Shown: positions 13,030 through 27,699, counted from the first letter of the stretch. The stretch is 64,000 nt of DNA from Tubiluchus corallicola (GCA_030141605.1 JAQGDQ010000990.1:8500-72499), one strand, 5' to 3'. The notes: generated by a model not told the origin, from the sequence alone. Numbers and translations are program-made.

Positions 13030-14480
13030 GAACCATAATCAAAAACAAGTTGAGTTTCATTAACTCTTGAATGTATTGCGAATACAAATACTTACCTCAT
13101 TCTTGACACAAATGCCACGTAATAATTTTAGTCACATAAGTTCGCATAAAATTACGTTTAAATCTCGCGCTTACTTGTGCCGCCATTGAGCATGGACCTA
13201 CAGCCGCGCCCCTGGCGAGAAAATTGCCTGGCAACATTGGGCAACATTGCAGTTTTTGAACTTTCATTTATATTATTAAATCAGACATTATCAATCGATT
13301 GAATCACTGGTGTGTTTATTGTAACACTTTACTCTTCTAACAGATGTTCAAATTTTCGCGTTCATTTAATTAAACATTATAAATCAGATGAATCATTGAC
13401 ACGTTATTTAACACCTTCCCTCTTTGTCTTACATCAGATGCTCAATTTATCAGGTGATTTACCTGTACTTGTTTAATCCATTAACTCTTTTTTTACACTA
13501 GATCAGTGGTTCCCAACCTTTTCCTTGCCAAGTACCCCTTCTAAATGTGGCGATCTTCAGCGTACCCCCACTTGATATTTTTAAACAAATCGTTTGAAAA
13601 ACCAGTTTCTAGAAAACAACGATTAATATTATCGACATTTTTTTATTTTAACTTTTTTTGAAAACATGAATTTTATCACTGATTATTAAGAAATACGTAA
13701 TTTGAACAACTTTCTCGAATATGAAAACATCAATACAAGGAAACGCGATCTTCACAGCAGTCATAATTAATGCGTACGCTGTTCTCGATGATTATCAACA
13801 AGTTTTTTGATATCAGGTTTACTTGTTGATATTGCGACTCGCATGTCGCTCCTCAAATCTAAACGGTTTCTTGCCTTCGTCTTCAAATGTAGCATTGCAC
13901 TGCAGCCTAGCTCACATTTGTATGTTGTCACAAATGGAACCAACACCTCGAATCACCGCAAAATGTGATACAATAGATTACATTACAATTACGTTACTGG
14001 TAGGCAGTTATTAAAATGTACAGCACAAACACAGCGACAAAATATAAGCTTTTCGTGGGCGGGTAAAAGTGTTTTCTAGCACACTGCGCAGGAATGATAT
14101 TGTTTGTGAAATATTGCCTAACCTGTAGAAAGAATATCGCGATGCTGCAACTTGGTGTATCTTACCTTTTTCACCGGCTACAAGTGAAAAAATGTGTCGA
14201 TCTGACACACCTGCGTACCCCTGGCATTGCTGTTGCGTACCCCCAGGGGGTACGCGTACCCCCGGTTGGGAACCACTGCACTAGATGCTCAATATATCAG
14301 GTGAATTACCTGTACCTGCGTATATAATTTAACTCTTTGTCTTACACCAGATGCTCAATATATCAGGTGAATTACCCGTACCTGCTTAAATAATTTAACT
14401 CTTTGTCTTACACCAGATGCTCAATATATCAGGTGAATCATGAAACCTGATTAACATCCTTACTTTTGTTTCACACCAAA
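13030..14480 (+). repeat. Dispersed repeat ending in a ~65-bp minisatellite (short copy)
   Basis: 13030-13227 matches 26662-26857; 13249-13500 and 14280-14480 match 29887-30304. Confidence 0.75.
13504..14278. mobile_element. hAT (Charlie-type) MITE
   Basis: TIR CAGTGGTTCCCAACC / GGTTGGGAACCACTG; perfect 8-bp TSD CACTAGAT at 13496-13503 and 14279-14286. Confidence 0.93.
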
Positions 14481-14822
14481 ATTTCCCCCCTAATTCAAGT
14501 TTAGTTGAACGTTAGCAATCAGGGGAATCATAGTTATATTATTATTGACAATGACACTTTTGCACTTGGCAATGAGAACGATCCTGGTATGTCTGTATGT
14601 TTAAGCTTGGCCATTAAATGTCAGAAAATTAACGATTTTTTGGGTACCAATTCAATTTAAAAACACTGTATTAGCTTTTCTAAAAACACACTTACTTATA
14701 TATCATGTAAGTAATTTCTAAGTATTGTAAGCTAAAACATAATATACACTTTCTCTCGTTTTTTTATATTTTTTGATCCTGGTATGAAATAAGTCTGTGT
14801 GAGTTACAAAACCTATTCATTT

Positions 14823-14824
<2 letters not shown>

Positions 14825-14877
<53 letters not shown>

Positions 14878-14878
14878 T
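14825..14878. repeat. (CT)n microsatellite
   Basis: Directly visible. Confidence 0.95.
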
Positions 14879-16319
14879 ATTATTGTATTATTATATCACA
14901 AATGTTATGATTACGGTGGCTCAACAACGTATTAAGAAGAAAGTAAACAAAAACTAGTCATTGGTTACGCGCTAAAAGATGGCAGTTTGAATGAACAAAT
15001 AGCAAGAAATAAGCTTAGTGTTTTGAGGAAACAGAACAGAAGGTCTGATTCATTTACATGATGCATCTAATTAAATTAATTATGAATTAAATATTTATGA
15101 AATCTCAATCAGTTAAAATCTTGTGTAGAAACAAAGGACGGTATCACAGTCACGCATCTGACTCATCTGATTTATTACTGATACTTCATTAAATATTCAC
15201 TGAAATTCTGAATCAAGGTAATTCGTCTGCGTTGCAACAAAAGGCAAATGTGTTACTCTAAAAAACGTCTAACTCCTTTATTGATTAAGGTTAAGATCTA
15301 AGTTCAAAGATAAAATTATGAATTGACAGTTTCATAATTTATAAGTACAACTAGATACTTTTTTATTTACTGACTCTTAGTACATAAAAACACTGTCAAA
15401 ATTCCCGGTGATATAGACAGTTTTTACAGAACTTTTCATATATTAGCAGCCAGTAAAATACTTTGGTGGCACAAACCACTTAATGTTGGCTTTCTTGATT
15501 TTTCTCGATTTTAGGGTCAAATTAGTAGTTAGAAGAATCTAAGAATTGAAGTTAGAAGATCAGATACAAGAATTCAGGTAAAAGTACGTTCAGGGAAAAC
15601 AGCAATAGTTCAAGGTCCGTTCTCTGAACCCATCTTGTGCACTGATGCTCGAGTTTTTAGTACTTCATAAGAAATTCCTCATTTGGGTTATAAGATTCGG
15701 TTTAGCCCATTTTTGTCTCGCTAACAGGATATTAGGTTGGACTAGAGTTCGGAACTTCTCAAATTTTCTTGGCCAGTCAGTGATGATGCCCTCTTTGTAT
15801 AAGGAGGTAGGGAGAAGACGGACCAAATATATGTATCAATTAGTCTTGAGTGGTTAGTACAATCCCGTTGCAAAGGATTAAGATAGGACTCTATGTGCTC
15901 ATGTAATGGGTGATGCGTATTGACTAAATTCTTTTAGTGCCACTCGAGCAATCCAAAACAGCTTTCAATCTTTGTTCCAGCGAAAAAGTTACGGAATATT
16001 AAGATTATTCCTCTACTATAAATGAATTATATGCGAATTCCAAGAAATATAATAAGCCTTGGTTCAATAAGGTTTGTATCTCGAATTTTGCGTTATTCTA
16101 CATTTTTTAAAATTAATGTCATTTTGAAGTTTGTAATTATGAAGGCAGAAAATACAGAAAGGTGGGAGAGTTCTTTATGAAGGACTGAAGGCAGGATGAC
16201 GACGCTAACGTCTGGGATTAATCTAGGAAAACAAAGACAAAACGAGAATCTAAAGCTTATTTAAACTGCTTCATATCTCAGAATAAACTATGCATAACGC
16301 TTAGCAGAATGTAGCACTC

Positions 16320-16800
16320 TGTACATCTAGCCTTTGTAATTTTACCATTTTAGTCTTTATCAAAATTCAAACTTTTTTATCAACAAAAAAAAATAAAAGT
16401 TGAACTTAAGTAAATTTTAAGCCATGGCTAATAAAACCTTTATTATTTCGTAAAGTAACTTTAACTTTTATAGTTAAAAACATGTCAAACGTTTCGACAG
16501 ATTACTGCTATCATGACAGTTTTTTATCTTCTATTTTTATTTTCGTTTTTATTCATTAAAGAGTTTGAATTTGATAAAGACTTAAATTATAAATTATTAA
16601 GGTTAAATGTACATAGTGAATCATGCCAAACGTTTCGACAGACTGCAGCTGCCATCATTATGATGATACAGCAGTGGCCTGTCGAAACATTTGACATGAT
16701 TTTAATTATGTAAAGTAAAGGTTTTAATAAAGTTGTGTTGTTAATTAACTATAAACATTTTTAGGTGCCTGTAATAAAAAAGTAACTTTAACTTTGTAAT
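16320..16800. mobile_element. Nested inverted-repeat relic with decayed hammerhead-like motifs (second Penelope-like family)
   Basis: Inverted pairs 16320-16378/16557-16613 and 16620-16658/16660-16700; three ...ctgtcGAAAC(G/A)TTTG(G/A)CATG motifs; related copy at ~25875-25975. Confidence 0.5.
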
Positions 16801-17117
16801 TTTACTTCACACTATTAGCCTAATGGTTATTATTTTATATGTTGCTTTGTTTTTATTTACGATTGTGTGTAATTGCATTAGACTTGATAATTATGTTTAT
16901 TATTCTCATTGTTTTTCTTTGTGTATAATACGTTTTGATTTTGTTGTTATGAAGTAAAATAAGCTTGTTGTCTTCATTGTGTTTAGTGCGTTAGACTATA
17001 AAATTATGCATATGACAATATGTTCTATGCTTTGTAAAATTGCTTTTTGCAATTTTAAAACTTATTCAAGCAAATTGAGGGAATGTATATTGTACATGGA
17101 TTCTTAAAAATAAATGA

Positions 17118-17300
<183 letters not shown>

Positions 17301-18489
17301 ATAATAAATGGTTAATATATATATAGAACATATAGCAACAGGCACTATTACAACTGTTACAATATAAGTTTGGAAGTTAAATAAAAGATTAAACTGTTCT
17401 TGAATCTCATTGTTCTGCATCTAAATAAGGGGTATTTGATGGTGGCGAGTGCTATATCTATGACTATGGGCACCTGGCAATAGAGTGTGGATTTTGTTAT
17501 TAGGATTTTGAATTGATGAGGATAATTTTTTGCAAGAATTTTGGCGACAGTTAAATAAAGCTTGAACATCAGAGTAGAGCCAATCTGTATAGTTTTCTTT
17601 TGAAAGAATTATTTTCAATGAACGTTTTTGAACTGTTTATAACAAGTCAGAGAGATTTTTGCAGAGAGATGAGTGTCATTCCTGATAAGCGTATATTTAT
17701 ATTGTATAATGTAATTTGGGCAAGTTACTGTTATCAGCGTGAAACAAAGGCTCCACTCAATTAGGTCACTTTAAATAATATAACAGCTGCATCTGCTTTG
17801 CTCAGGTAAAATTAATTAGGACTGATCTATTACCTGATGTACAATCCAATTTTAATGAACTAACATGGATGTGCCGCAACAGACGTGTTACTTAAGTACT
17901 TCGCTTAATTACGATAATAGTGGCGTTGATCAACTCGAACAAAAGAAAAATCCGTGAATTATTTAATTAATCATGAGCGCGGCAAAGTTGAAAGACGTAC
18001 AACAAGTTTCTTAGTAAATCATGTATGCAGTAGGTATGGCAATATCAAAGTCTACGCAAGACCAATTTAATTCATTTAACGCAATTTTAGGTCCTCCAAA
18101 ATTAACGACTTCTTAAAAACGTTTATTTTTTGATTAAATATGTCTTCGTAGTCATCGCAGACATTTTAGCATTGTACAGTGAAGTGAATTCTAAGCAGGC
18201 TTCAAAGAAAAATTTTAAGGTATCCTTTCTATGGAAACGTCTGGAGTTTTTTTATTGGAAGTTCTAGTAAAAAGACAATTTAAAAAACGCTGCAAAATAT
18301 AAGTGGTCAGTGTACTTCATTGTGAAAAATTTTTGAAGTGTCAATAAAATTTATTCGTCATTTCGTTTTAATAAAACTAAAAAAGGCGGTGCTAATATAA
18401 TCCTGTATAAATAACAGTTCGTTGGTGAATGACTCAATAAACGTTGTTTTCTATTCGCTGTGCATATTTTTTAAGGTTGATAGCTTAAT

Positions 18490-19080
18490 TAGTTTATACG
18501 GAGATATGGCAGTTTCTAGTTTTACAGTATGGCTTTCTGGTAAATACAATAATGAATTACTGCGTTATTTATTCTTCTGGCATTAAATTATTTAAGAGTC
18601 GGCTTCTGTGTTGATCAGTCGGAAGCCAGTGGAATTATTGGAATTACTAGAAGGTAACTAGTGAAAGTGAGCATATGGCAATTTCTACTTTAAGCTAATG
18701 CAACAAATGATTAACTTTGTTAATTAGTCTTCTGGCACTAAATTATTCAGGAAAATGCTTCTGGTTTAATTAGTGGAATTAGGAGAAGCTACTTATTGAA
18801 AATAAGCAATGAGTGGATGGTAATTTAGACTTTGTTCTAATGGCAGCAATGCTATAATAAATTAATGCGTTAATTAGTGTTCTGACACTAAATTATTCGG
18901 GAAAAGGCTTCTGGTTTATTTAGTGGAATTAGAGTGGAATTAGTGGAGTCAGGAGAAGCTAATTAGTGAATCTGAGCATATGGTAGCTTCTACTTTGGTC
19001 TTATGGCGGTAATGCAATAATGATTTGATACATTAAGTATTCTTCTGTGTCTAAATTATTTAAGAACAGGTTTCTGGTCT
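18490..19080. repeat. Degenerate long-unit tandem repeat
   Basis: Recurring gcatatggca..ttctactt..ttctggcactaaattatt..ttctggtttaattagtgga blocks; inverted relic near 21680-21760. Confidence 0.6.
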
Positions 19081-19949
19081 TCCAAAAGATTTGTATGTTA
19101 TGTTTGAATGGCATTCGTTTGTTGGCTTACACATATGTCAGAAATTTTGTTCATTTGTATTTCTTTATCTTTCTATGAAAGAAGAAAAAGTGGAGACATG
19201 TAGGCTGAATTCGTAATCGAAAAAACCTCCTCAACTTTGTTTCTGATTCAAATAAATATAATTATGTGAAATTAAAGCTGCTTTATACAATCGTGTTTTA
19301 TACCTGAGAAAGAAATCAAGAACGTAGATTAAAACAAGCGCATAATTCTTACAATTGGGCGCCTTATGTAAAAAACGAAAAATTAAGATGCTTATATTAG
19401 TAATTACATTAGTAAATAGAGAAACGCCAGCCTACTGAATTATATCATTATACGTTTTAGTATGACGTAGTACGTAACGACAAGTGCTCTATAAATATGA
19501 TACTGAACGATAATAACAGACAAACATTACTCCACGACAAATAAACAAGGTGTTTCGCACCTTAGTATCGATTAGGGGCTAATTTGCCTCATATAGACAC
19601 GAGGGCTTTTCTGTTTGTGCTAGCATAACGTGATTAGCTGTACACTGTAGTATGACAACATGTTTCGGGACATTGCTGCTCACTGCCTCCTAACGAAAGG
19701 GACATTGAAATTCTTTCAAAATTCATTAAGAAATCGCCCAGAAAAATCAGCGCTTTGCCATAAGAGGAGAGAAATGGTCTGCAGGATAATTTTATTTCAG
19801 ACATTTACAGTCCATAGAACAGTAAAATAAGGCACAAGTAACAACTTACAGTCAGTTTACAGAAATATAATAAGCTTATATACAAGAGCATTATTAAATT
19901 GTTTAATCAAATCTCCACTCACTAAAATGAGAATCGTTTCAGTTTTATG

Positions 19950-20390
19950 AATTCCCACTGAGGCACTGCGGAATGTTTGACAAAAGGGTTATCAAGTCTT
20001 TACGGGGCCCTTGGCTGATGCCTTTGTCCTGTCATCTCTATTGTAAATTTATGGTTGCTTATGTAGCGACAAGTTTAAACAATTACTTGTGGTGTATTAG
20101 AAACACCGTTACCCTAGTTTCTACACAGTCTTTGTTAATTATATGTACTTGCATTGCGGTTATAACAAAATAGGCTGCGCAACTGCTTGTTGTGTGTACT
20201 ACATTGCGCTCCGTTAAGTGTCACTTGTTTAAAATTTTTGTTCAGTAACTGCTTGTGGTGTGTTATAAAATATGTCCTTTACATGAATTTAAAAGCATAC
20301 ACATTTTCTGAGGTGAATAATTTTTTTCTAAAAAGTGATTTCCTTCAAAACTTTGCTATAGCCTAGTTAGACTATTGGTTAATGTGCCCC
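19950..20390 (+). repeat. Dispersed repeat family (also ~49990-50390 and ~62030-62410)
   Basis: Shared ctgcgcaactgcttgt and gcta(t/c)agcctagttag(a/c)ct(a/g)ttgg blocks in three places. Confidence 0.7.
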
Positions 20391-20551
20391 GATTGCGACA
20401 TCCCATTTTAATCCTGTTACTAAATCACATTTTAGGATGTCTGTTTGTATTTTTATTTTTCCGATGTATTTTTATATTTTGTTGTTTTTTGTTGTAGAAA
20501 AGAACTTTAGCTGCTCATTTTATTTATGTAGATAATTGCATTAGATAAAAT

Positions 20552-20750
20552 TTACCTTACCTTACCTTACCTTTCCTTACCTTACCTGACCTTACCACAA
20601 CCTTACCTTACATTACTTTACCTTTCCTTTCCTTACCTTACCTTACCTTACCTTACCTTACCTTAGCTTACCTTACCTTACCTTACCTTACCTTACCTTA
20701 CCTTACCTTACCTTACCTTACCTTACCTTACCTTACATTACCTTAACTCA
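20552..20750. repeat. (CCTTA)n microsatellite
   Basis: Directly visible. Confidence 0.95.
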
Positions 20751-22089
20751 CCTTAATTTTTTCTTAAACAAGGCACTGTGTGGAATGGCCACGCATTATT
20801 GATCATGTTATGGGCAAATCTAATGATAATAGACGACATGTTACGAAGCTTATAAGTAACAAAAAGGAAGAAAGAAATAGACACATTTTGCATGAAGCAT
20901 TGGCCACTGACCACTTTCAGAGGGCGCCCTGCAATCCTCATAATTATGTAGGCCTAGTATTTGAGTAATTGAGTATGCTCGAGTGTTAAAGAAATGAAAT
21001 CGAAGACGAATTACACTTTGTTATAAAATACCCATATCTTAGAGGAAAATTATATAATCACATCTATGTAATTATATCAGAATTTTTTCTTATGAGCGAT
21101 GCTGATAAATTTTTATTTTTGATAGGAAGTAATGATTTAGAAGTAATTAAGGCATTTGTTGATGAACAATATACTATGTAATGACCATATTATTGAAAAT
21201 GAGGCCTAATGAATGACAATTTAATCTAAATACTAATCATTAAACTTTTCATGTAAATAACAGGAAGATTTAATAATATTTGTTTTACTATTATTGTTTT
21301 ATTTAATTGTTTTGTCATTTTATTTCTAAATTGAAATTGTGTGTGTGTCTAGTTTTTTCTAGTATTGTATGTATTTTTGACACTAATCTACATCTATATG
21401 TAAAAAGATGGATTTTCAACATTTTCAACATTCAATTTCAGCTTGTTTTACATTTTGTGCTTCATCAAATTTCATTATAAAACTCAAAGAAAATTCCTGG
21501 TATGTCAGACATTGACAAATCCAGAGTTAGTGTGGTTTCTTTACAGACCAATTTCTGTATTGTAAGGTGGCGCCGCCATGCGAATACTTCCAACATAATT
21601 GATAATTGAAACCTGATTCTATACTGAGTTTTTGTCTAAAGTATGATGACAGAAGTTTGTTAAAAATTACGCTAGAAAAATAATTAATGCAGTAATTATT
21701 ATTGCATTACTGCCATTAGTTGAAAGTAGAAGCTGCCATATGTTCACATCAACTAATTAACCTGCCAATCTTAATATAGAATTCAGAGAATCAAATCAGG
21801 TTTCGTGGTGTAACTAATAAGCAACATTTTTTTTGAAAAGAAATCATGGTTTTTGTTATAACAAAATGTTAGTTACGGATTATTCAATACGCGGTGAGTG
21901 CATTGTGGACTGTGCTGCTGTTGGTTTAACCGCAATATCCCGGAATATCTGTGAATCTTTTGCGCGGGAAAGTTAACCGTAATTGTTTTCACAAGCAAGA
22001 GAGCCAAATTACGTTAATTTGAGGTAAGTCTCAAAATGATTACATGAAAATTACTTGCATAGTTAAACCACATTATTAGGCGAATTTAT

Positions 22090-22500
22090 GATAAGTAAGT
22101 AAGTAGGTAGGCAGGTAGGTAGGCAGGTATGTAGGTAGGTAAGTAGGTAGGTAGGTAAGTAAGTAGGTAGCTAGGTAGGTAGTTAGGTAGGTAGGTAGGT
22201 AGGAAGGTAGGTAGGTAGGTAGGTAGGTAGGTAGGTAGGTAGGTAGGTAGGTAGGTAGGTAGGTAGGTAGGTAGGTAGGTAGGTAGGCATGTAGGTAGGT
22301 AGGTAGTTAGGTAGGTAGGTAGGTAGGTAGGTAGGTAGGTAGGTAGGTAAATAGGTAGGTAGGTAGGTTGGTAGGTAGGTAGGTAGGTAGGTAGGTAGGT
22401 AGGTAGGTAGGCTGGTTGGTAGTTAGTTAGGTAGGTAGGTAGGTAGATAGGTAGGTAGGTAAGCAAGCAGGCAGGTAAGTAGGTGGGTAAGTAAGTAAAT
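22090..22500. repeat. (TAGG)n microsatellite
   Basis: Directly visible. Confidence 0.95.
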
Positions 22501-22694
22501 AAGTGAGCAATCTATTGTTATTACAGCTTAACACACACAATGAGGTTTATGGTTTTACGTACGTTACATGGTTTTGCAGTAACTTACAGAAACAACAAGG
22601 AGATTAACACAAATAATTCAATCAGTTGTACAGTGACATAAAGAATTAATATTGGAGATTTACTGAAATTTACTGTTGATGGTGCGAATTACAA

Positions 22695-23315
22695 CGGGAT
22701 AGAAAGAATTTAAAGTTCTTGTGGTTTTAGCGTTAATTGAGCAGAATCTACGACCAGATGGGAAGCATTTCAAAATATTTATTACCTGGATGGAATTCAT
22801 CTTTCATGATAACTTGCGCACTCTTTGTGACCCTAGTTTCATACAAATATGTCGTAGATTGCTGTTGAATTCCTACAATTTTTGAGGCGCATTTAATAAT
22901 TTGATAAAGAGCTTTGCTTTGCAATCTCCCTACGTGGTGGCGCCATGGTACCAAACAGTGAGGGATGTTGTTAAGACGTTCTCAATTACTGCACGATAAA
23001 AACTTTCCATCACAGTAGGGACAACGTTATAAGATGTCAAGTATCTAAAAAGTACAGACGCTGGCGGGCCTTTTTACACAATAGTCACATTAACTTCCCT
23101 GATCATCTGAAATTTTATTCCCAAATATTTGAAATCTTTAACAACTTCTGCATCTGTTTTATTTATAAGTAAAGATGCTTTTCCACCAGGCTTCTCTCTA
23201 AAATCTACGACAATTTCTTTTGTTTTCGAAACATTCAGTTCTAAATTATTCTATTCGCACCACCGTATTAAATTTTGAACTTCCAGAAAATAATTAGTCT
23301 CGTTGTTATTGCAAT
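22695..23315 (-). mobile_element. Degraded non-LTR retrotransposon 3' region (Rex-Babar/L2-like RT C-terminus)
   Basis: Minus-strand fragments LNVSKTKEIVVDFR, FKYLG, KKARQRLYF, FYRAVIENVLT, ASKIVG, HPGNKYFEMLP; frameshifted. Confidence 0.85.
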
Positions 23316-23569
23316 TAAGATTATTATAAGAATTGATTAATACTAATATTGTAATTATTTGATAGTTTATAATAATAATAATTAGTTTGAAATTAAAATA
23401 TGTTCGGAGGTGTGAATTTAACAAAAATCTTTAGTGAGTCAGAAAAATTTGTCACACAAGAATACGCAAAATTTAATGAAATTTACCTGCATTTCGATAA
23501 ATTAATTACTGAATGGGAGAAAATTGAAGTACAGCGCTACTGTAAGAGGTTCTGTGTGTTGTACTAAAG

Positions 23570-23905
23570 CACGGCAAATTTTATGAAAAAAGTTAAGCTG
23601 CACTTACGCATGAGCTGTCGTACGTGTGCTGTTCGTCACAAACTAACACATCTGAACTGAGACATACAGCACCTGTTTTTTTGTGCAACGCTTTCCGAAT
23701 GCAGGCGCTGGTGCCCGTCTAACCAGCAAATGGCGAAATGCATGTAACAGCGAATAACTAGTGGCGCAAACGAAATTGTGATTGTGTAGGTAATAATTAT
23801 TTCAAGTAAGTCATTCTTTAAAAAATAGTATGTTTCCTTTTAATATTTTAAAGAATAGGTTGTGTTGACCTACAGTTTAACATTGGATCGGGTTTTGCTT
23901 TAAGG
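23570..23905 (+). repeat. Dispersed repeat, second copy at ~27225-27395 plus ~28020-28112
   Basis: Shared ctaacacatctgaactgag..cagcacctgtttt..aatgcaggcgct and ttgacctacagtttaa..ggttttgctttaa. Confidence 0.7.
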
Positions 23906-26900
23906 CCGCCATGTTTCGCAGCTTTGACGCCGAGTGAGTGAGAATGTCACGTGATCTGCGCATAAAGCTTCTATGGTCCTAATTATGGCGGCTTGCATGG
24001 TGCGCGATCAAATTAGACAGAATGTTTCAGTTGTTATATATAAGCCAGTTGCTCTGCTTCAAATTTAGCTAAAAATTTTGTGTTAAACGAAAAAATTTCA
24101 CAGCTAAGCTTTTACTTCAGATTATTTATTTATTAAATTAAATAAATTACCCAGATCTAGGTACGGGAATAATATGTATTTGGTTTAGTCGGCACTTTAG
24201 TAGGTTAAGCAAAAGTCTAACTACTATTCGTCTAAAAAATTCTCACATTTAAAATGTATGCTTTGACGAAATTGCAGACAGCTTTTTCACTTGGGTTTAG
24301 CAGTGATCTACTTTAGGACAGCTAGAGAATAGCAAATAGAATTTCAAAATTAAACAGGATTTGTGTCTAAAATGCACAAGTTTAAAGTTTCAATTGCAGG
24401 CTATCACAAGTGTTACCAGAATCCTAAAATTGTGAAATTATTATTAGACTCATGCCTCATACGCCAAGGCCTACAATATGATGCTACACTTTCGTTCATC
24501 TGTGCGTGACTTGGACACTAAAGCCAATGATACAATGCTGAAATACACAAACCGGCAGAGGTCGGCTGTATTAAAAAGATCGCTCAAATTAGACTACATA
24601 AAAGGAGGAATATGACGAAAATCAAAGTTGAACTTATTTTTAACTGACTCACCCGAAGGTAAGTTGGCAAAAAAATTTAGTGCTGTGTTACTCAGTAATT
24701 GAGTATTTTATTTATTTTATCCCGCGGGGAAAGTCGTGGAGCGCTCTTTGCGCCTCTCCCGGGGAAAAACTGCGAAATAGTGCCCTCTGCGCAGCTACGT
24801 TACAGCCAGAATTGCGGGCAAGCCATATCACAGTTGAAAGAATAGTTAGGACAGTCCGTATGTGTGAGTATGGTTTTTTGTGCTCGCGCATGCGCGAGCC
24901 TTAGCCCGGTAGAATTCGACATTTTGTTTGTTCGTGTAAAGATTTAGCTGCATTTTAGTTAATTTATTTTGGAAATTTTAAGCGCTAACTTTAAGCTTAA
25001 CCACCGGAAACGGAAGATCATGATTACTGTGCATTTACCAAATAAAAAAATGATACCAGTAGATATTCTGGTGTAATGTAATGTTCTGCCGTGGGTTGCA
25101 AAAATGATCAACTCGACAATAAAGAGGTCAGCTTTTGTAGATTTTCTCTAGATGACAAGAGGTCTGTAATTTTGCACTTAAAATAATTTTGTTATTGTTA
25201 CCTTTCAGTTAAAATCATTTGCATCTGCTGTAAAAATAATTTATTTTACTATGGTTACTACTATTGTTCGTTTGTGGAGCAGCAAGCTAACAAGCCAAAA
25301 TGGAAAATGTACTTAAGTACAACGAAATTTTTGGTTGCATGCTAAAATATTCAATCCTTCAAATTTTTAGGTCAAAAGAGTGGACTCATCTTTGTCAGGA
25401 GCAAGATCTTAATGATGCAAAAAACGAGTCTTTGACACAGCTGAAATGGAAAATCATCACCATGATGCACGAAAAGGAAAAGTCATGTACATCAACGCAG
25501 ACAGTTTCTTAATCGTCACTTTATTCTCCATAACTGTACATAATTATTAGAGTACATTAGGGTAATAAAAGAGAGTTTATCTGTGTACCCTAATAAGCCT
25601 TCTCTTATTGTACAAAGCAGTTCAATTCCTTCACCTTTATTTTCAAACACTCAGCTGTTACTGTTACTGTATCAATTTTTTTTCTTCAGGTCTGCTATTT
25701 GGATTTTGTATATACATAATTAGTGTTTAAGTTACTGTATCAATTTTTTTACTGGTCAATTTATTCATTACCTATTCGGCTTCTGTTATACTTAATTTGT
25801 GCATAATAAGCTCTGCCTATATGAACTAGTTGTACGTTTTTAAATTTCCTTGTTACTTATGATGTTACTTGTTACAGCGGCAGCATGTTGAAACGTTTGG
25901 CATGATTTTAACTTTTTAATGAAATGTTTTTTAATAAAATTGTGTTGTTTTTAACTATAAAGGCTAATAAAATATTCGCCTGTAATCTTCGTCAACAGAA
26001 TTGTAGCTGAAATGCTGTTAATGAGAGCAGTAATAAGTTATTACAACCAATAATTTCTTTTTCTCATTTTGCAAATACCGATTTTTCACATTCTTATTTT
26101 ATTTTTCATTAATATTTACGTTTCTTTATTTCACTCACTGTTAAAGTACAAGAAAACAAGCTTCATAAATAAAGCTTAGAACTTCGTCTTGAAATTTCGC
26201 ATATTGTCTTATTGCATACAGGTTGTATTAACAGTAACACCGTATAATACTAGGAAATTTAAACTAACAACGCCGTATAAAACTAGGACCGTTACATGCA
26301 GCCATTGTTGTTTGAAAGAAGTTTAGATAACATTGTTTGAAAAATTATCATAGCATTCGTACTATCAAAAATTTAAATTCCGTAATATTATTAATAAGAT
26401 CAATAATGTGTCCTATGGTGAATCAGTGTTGCACACTGGGTAGGCGATACAGTGCCTTTTGTCCAACTGGCTCAAATATTTTAAATTGTAAAGAATTTTT
26501 TCGATTACATACGTCTTTCCAATAGGTAATCGTAATTCTAGTAAATATAACTTGGTACTGAAAATACTAAAAAATTCCCATTTCTCACCCTTTAACTTTA
26601 CAAATTATTTATTCCATTGAAGAATTCATACACGATATCAAATATATTAATTGCAAACGGTGAACCATAATCAAAATCAAGTTGAGTTTCATTAACTCTT
26701 GAATGTATGGCGAATACAAATACATACCTCATTCTTGACACAAATGCCACGTAATAATTTTAGTCACATAAGTTCGCATAAAATTACGTTTAAAACTCGC
26801 GCTTACTTGTGCCACCAGTGAGTATGGACCTTCAGCCGCGCCCCTGGCGAGAAAATTGGCTTGGTCACGTGAGCAACATCGGAGTGACGTACCAGCCAGC

Positions 26901-27699
26901 GTAGTTCCATAGTAATCATTTGTTTATCAATACTAGTAGCTGCTGCTTGCTGTAGTTTAAAAGAAGAATGATTTTTCATATATTTTTCAAGTCCCGGCCA
27001 AGAGCATACATTTTAGCACGATTAATACTGCAAAAGCGTTTCTGATAATCAAGTGATAGATTTTAAAATCTTAATAACGGAGGGCGAGCCCGATTATTTA
27101 TGACATCACAAACTAACATAATTTTTAACAGAAAAAATATTCTACGAGCGTGTTGCATGTGTTTACAAAAGCGAAAATTCAAGTCAGAGCTACTGTAAGA
27201 AATTCAGTGTGTTGTATTAAAACTAGGCAAGTTTTAAGACAAAAATTCAAATTTACCGCTGTGCACACGCTGTTGAAGACAGTAGTTTGTCAGAAGCTAA
27301 CACATCTGAACTGAGAGGTACAGCACCTGTTTTCATGTAGTGTGTTTCCAAAATGCAGGCGCTACTGCCTGTCTAACTAGCGAATGGCGAAATGCAAAGT
27401 CGGCAAAACCCGTCCGGGAATTTAACATTTCTGCGTACGGCAATCTCTGTTTTTATACCTTTTACTTTTTGTATTGTACAAGAATTCGTGCTTTCTATAT
27501 GAATCTGTTAAAATTTCTATTTCCGTAGTGGATCAGGGCCTGTCGTTGACCATTTTTATACAGCATTGTCTGTCCTTATACGTTATTTGTATTAAAACTA
27601 AGTCTATAAAATGTTACGTGAACGCAAGAAGCGTTACTATAGCTGCTACCCCAAAAGTCGGTAGATTGTCGCATGAAAATTTGACCAATTCCCGACTGT

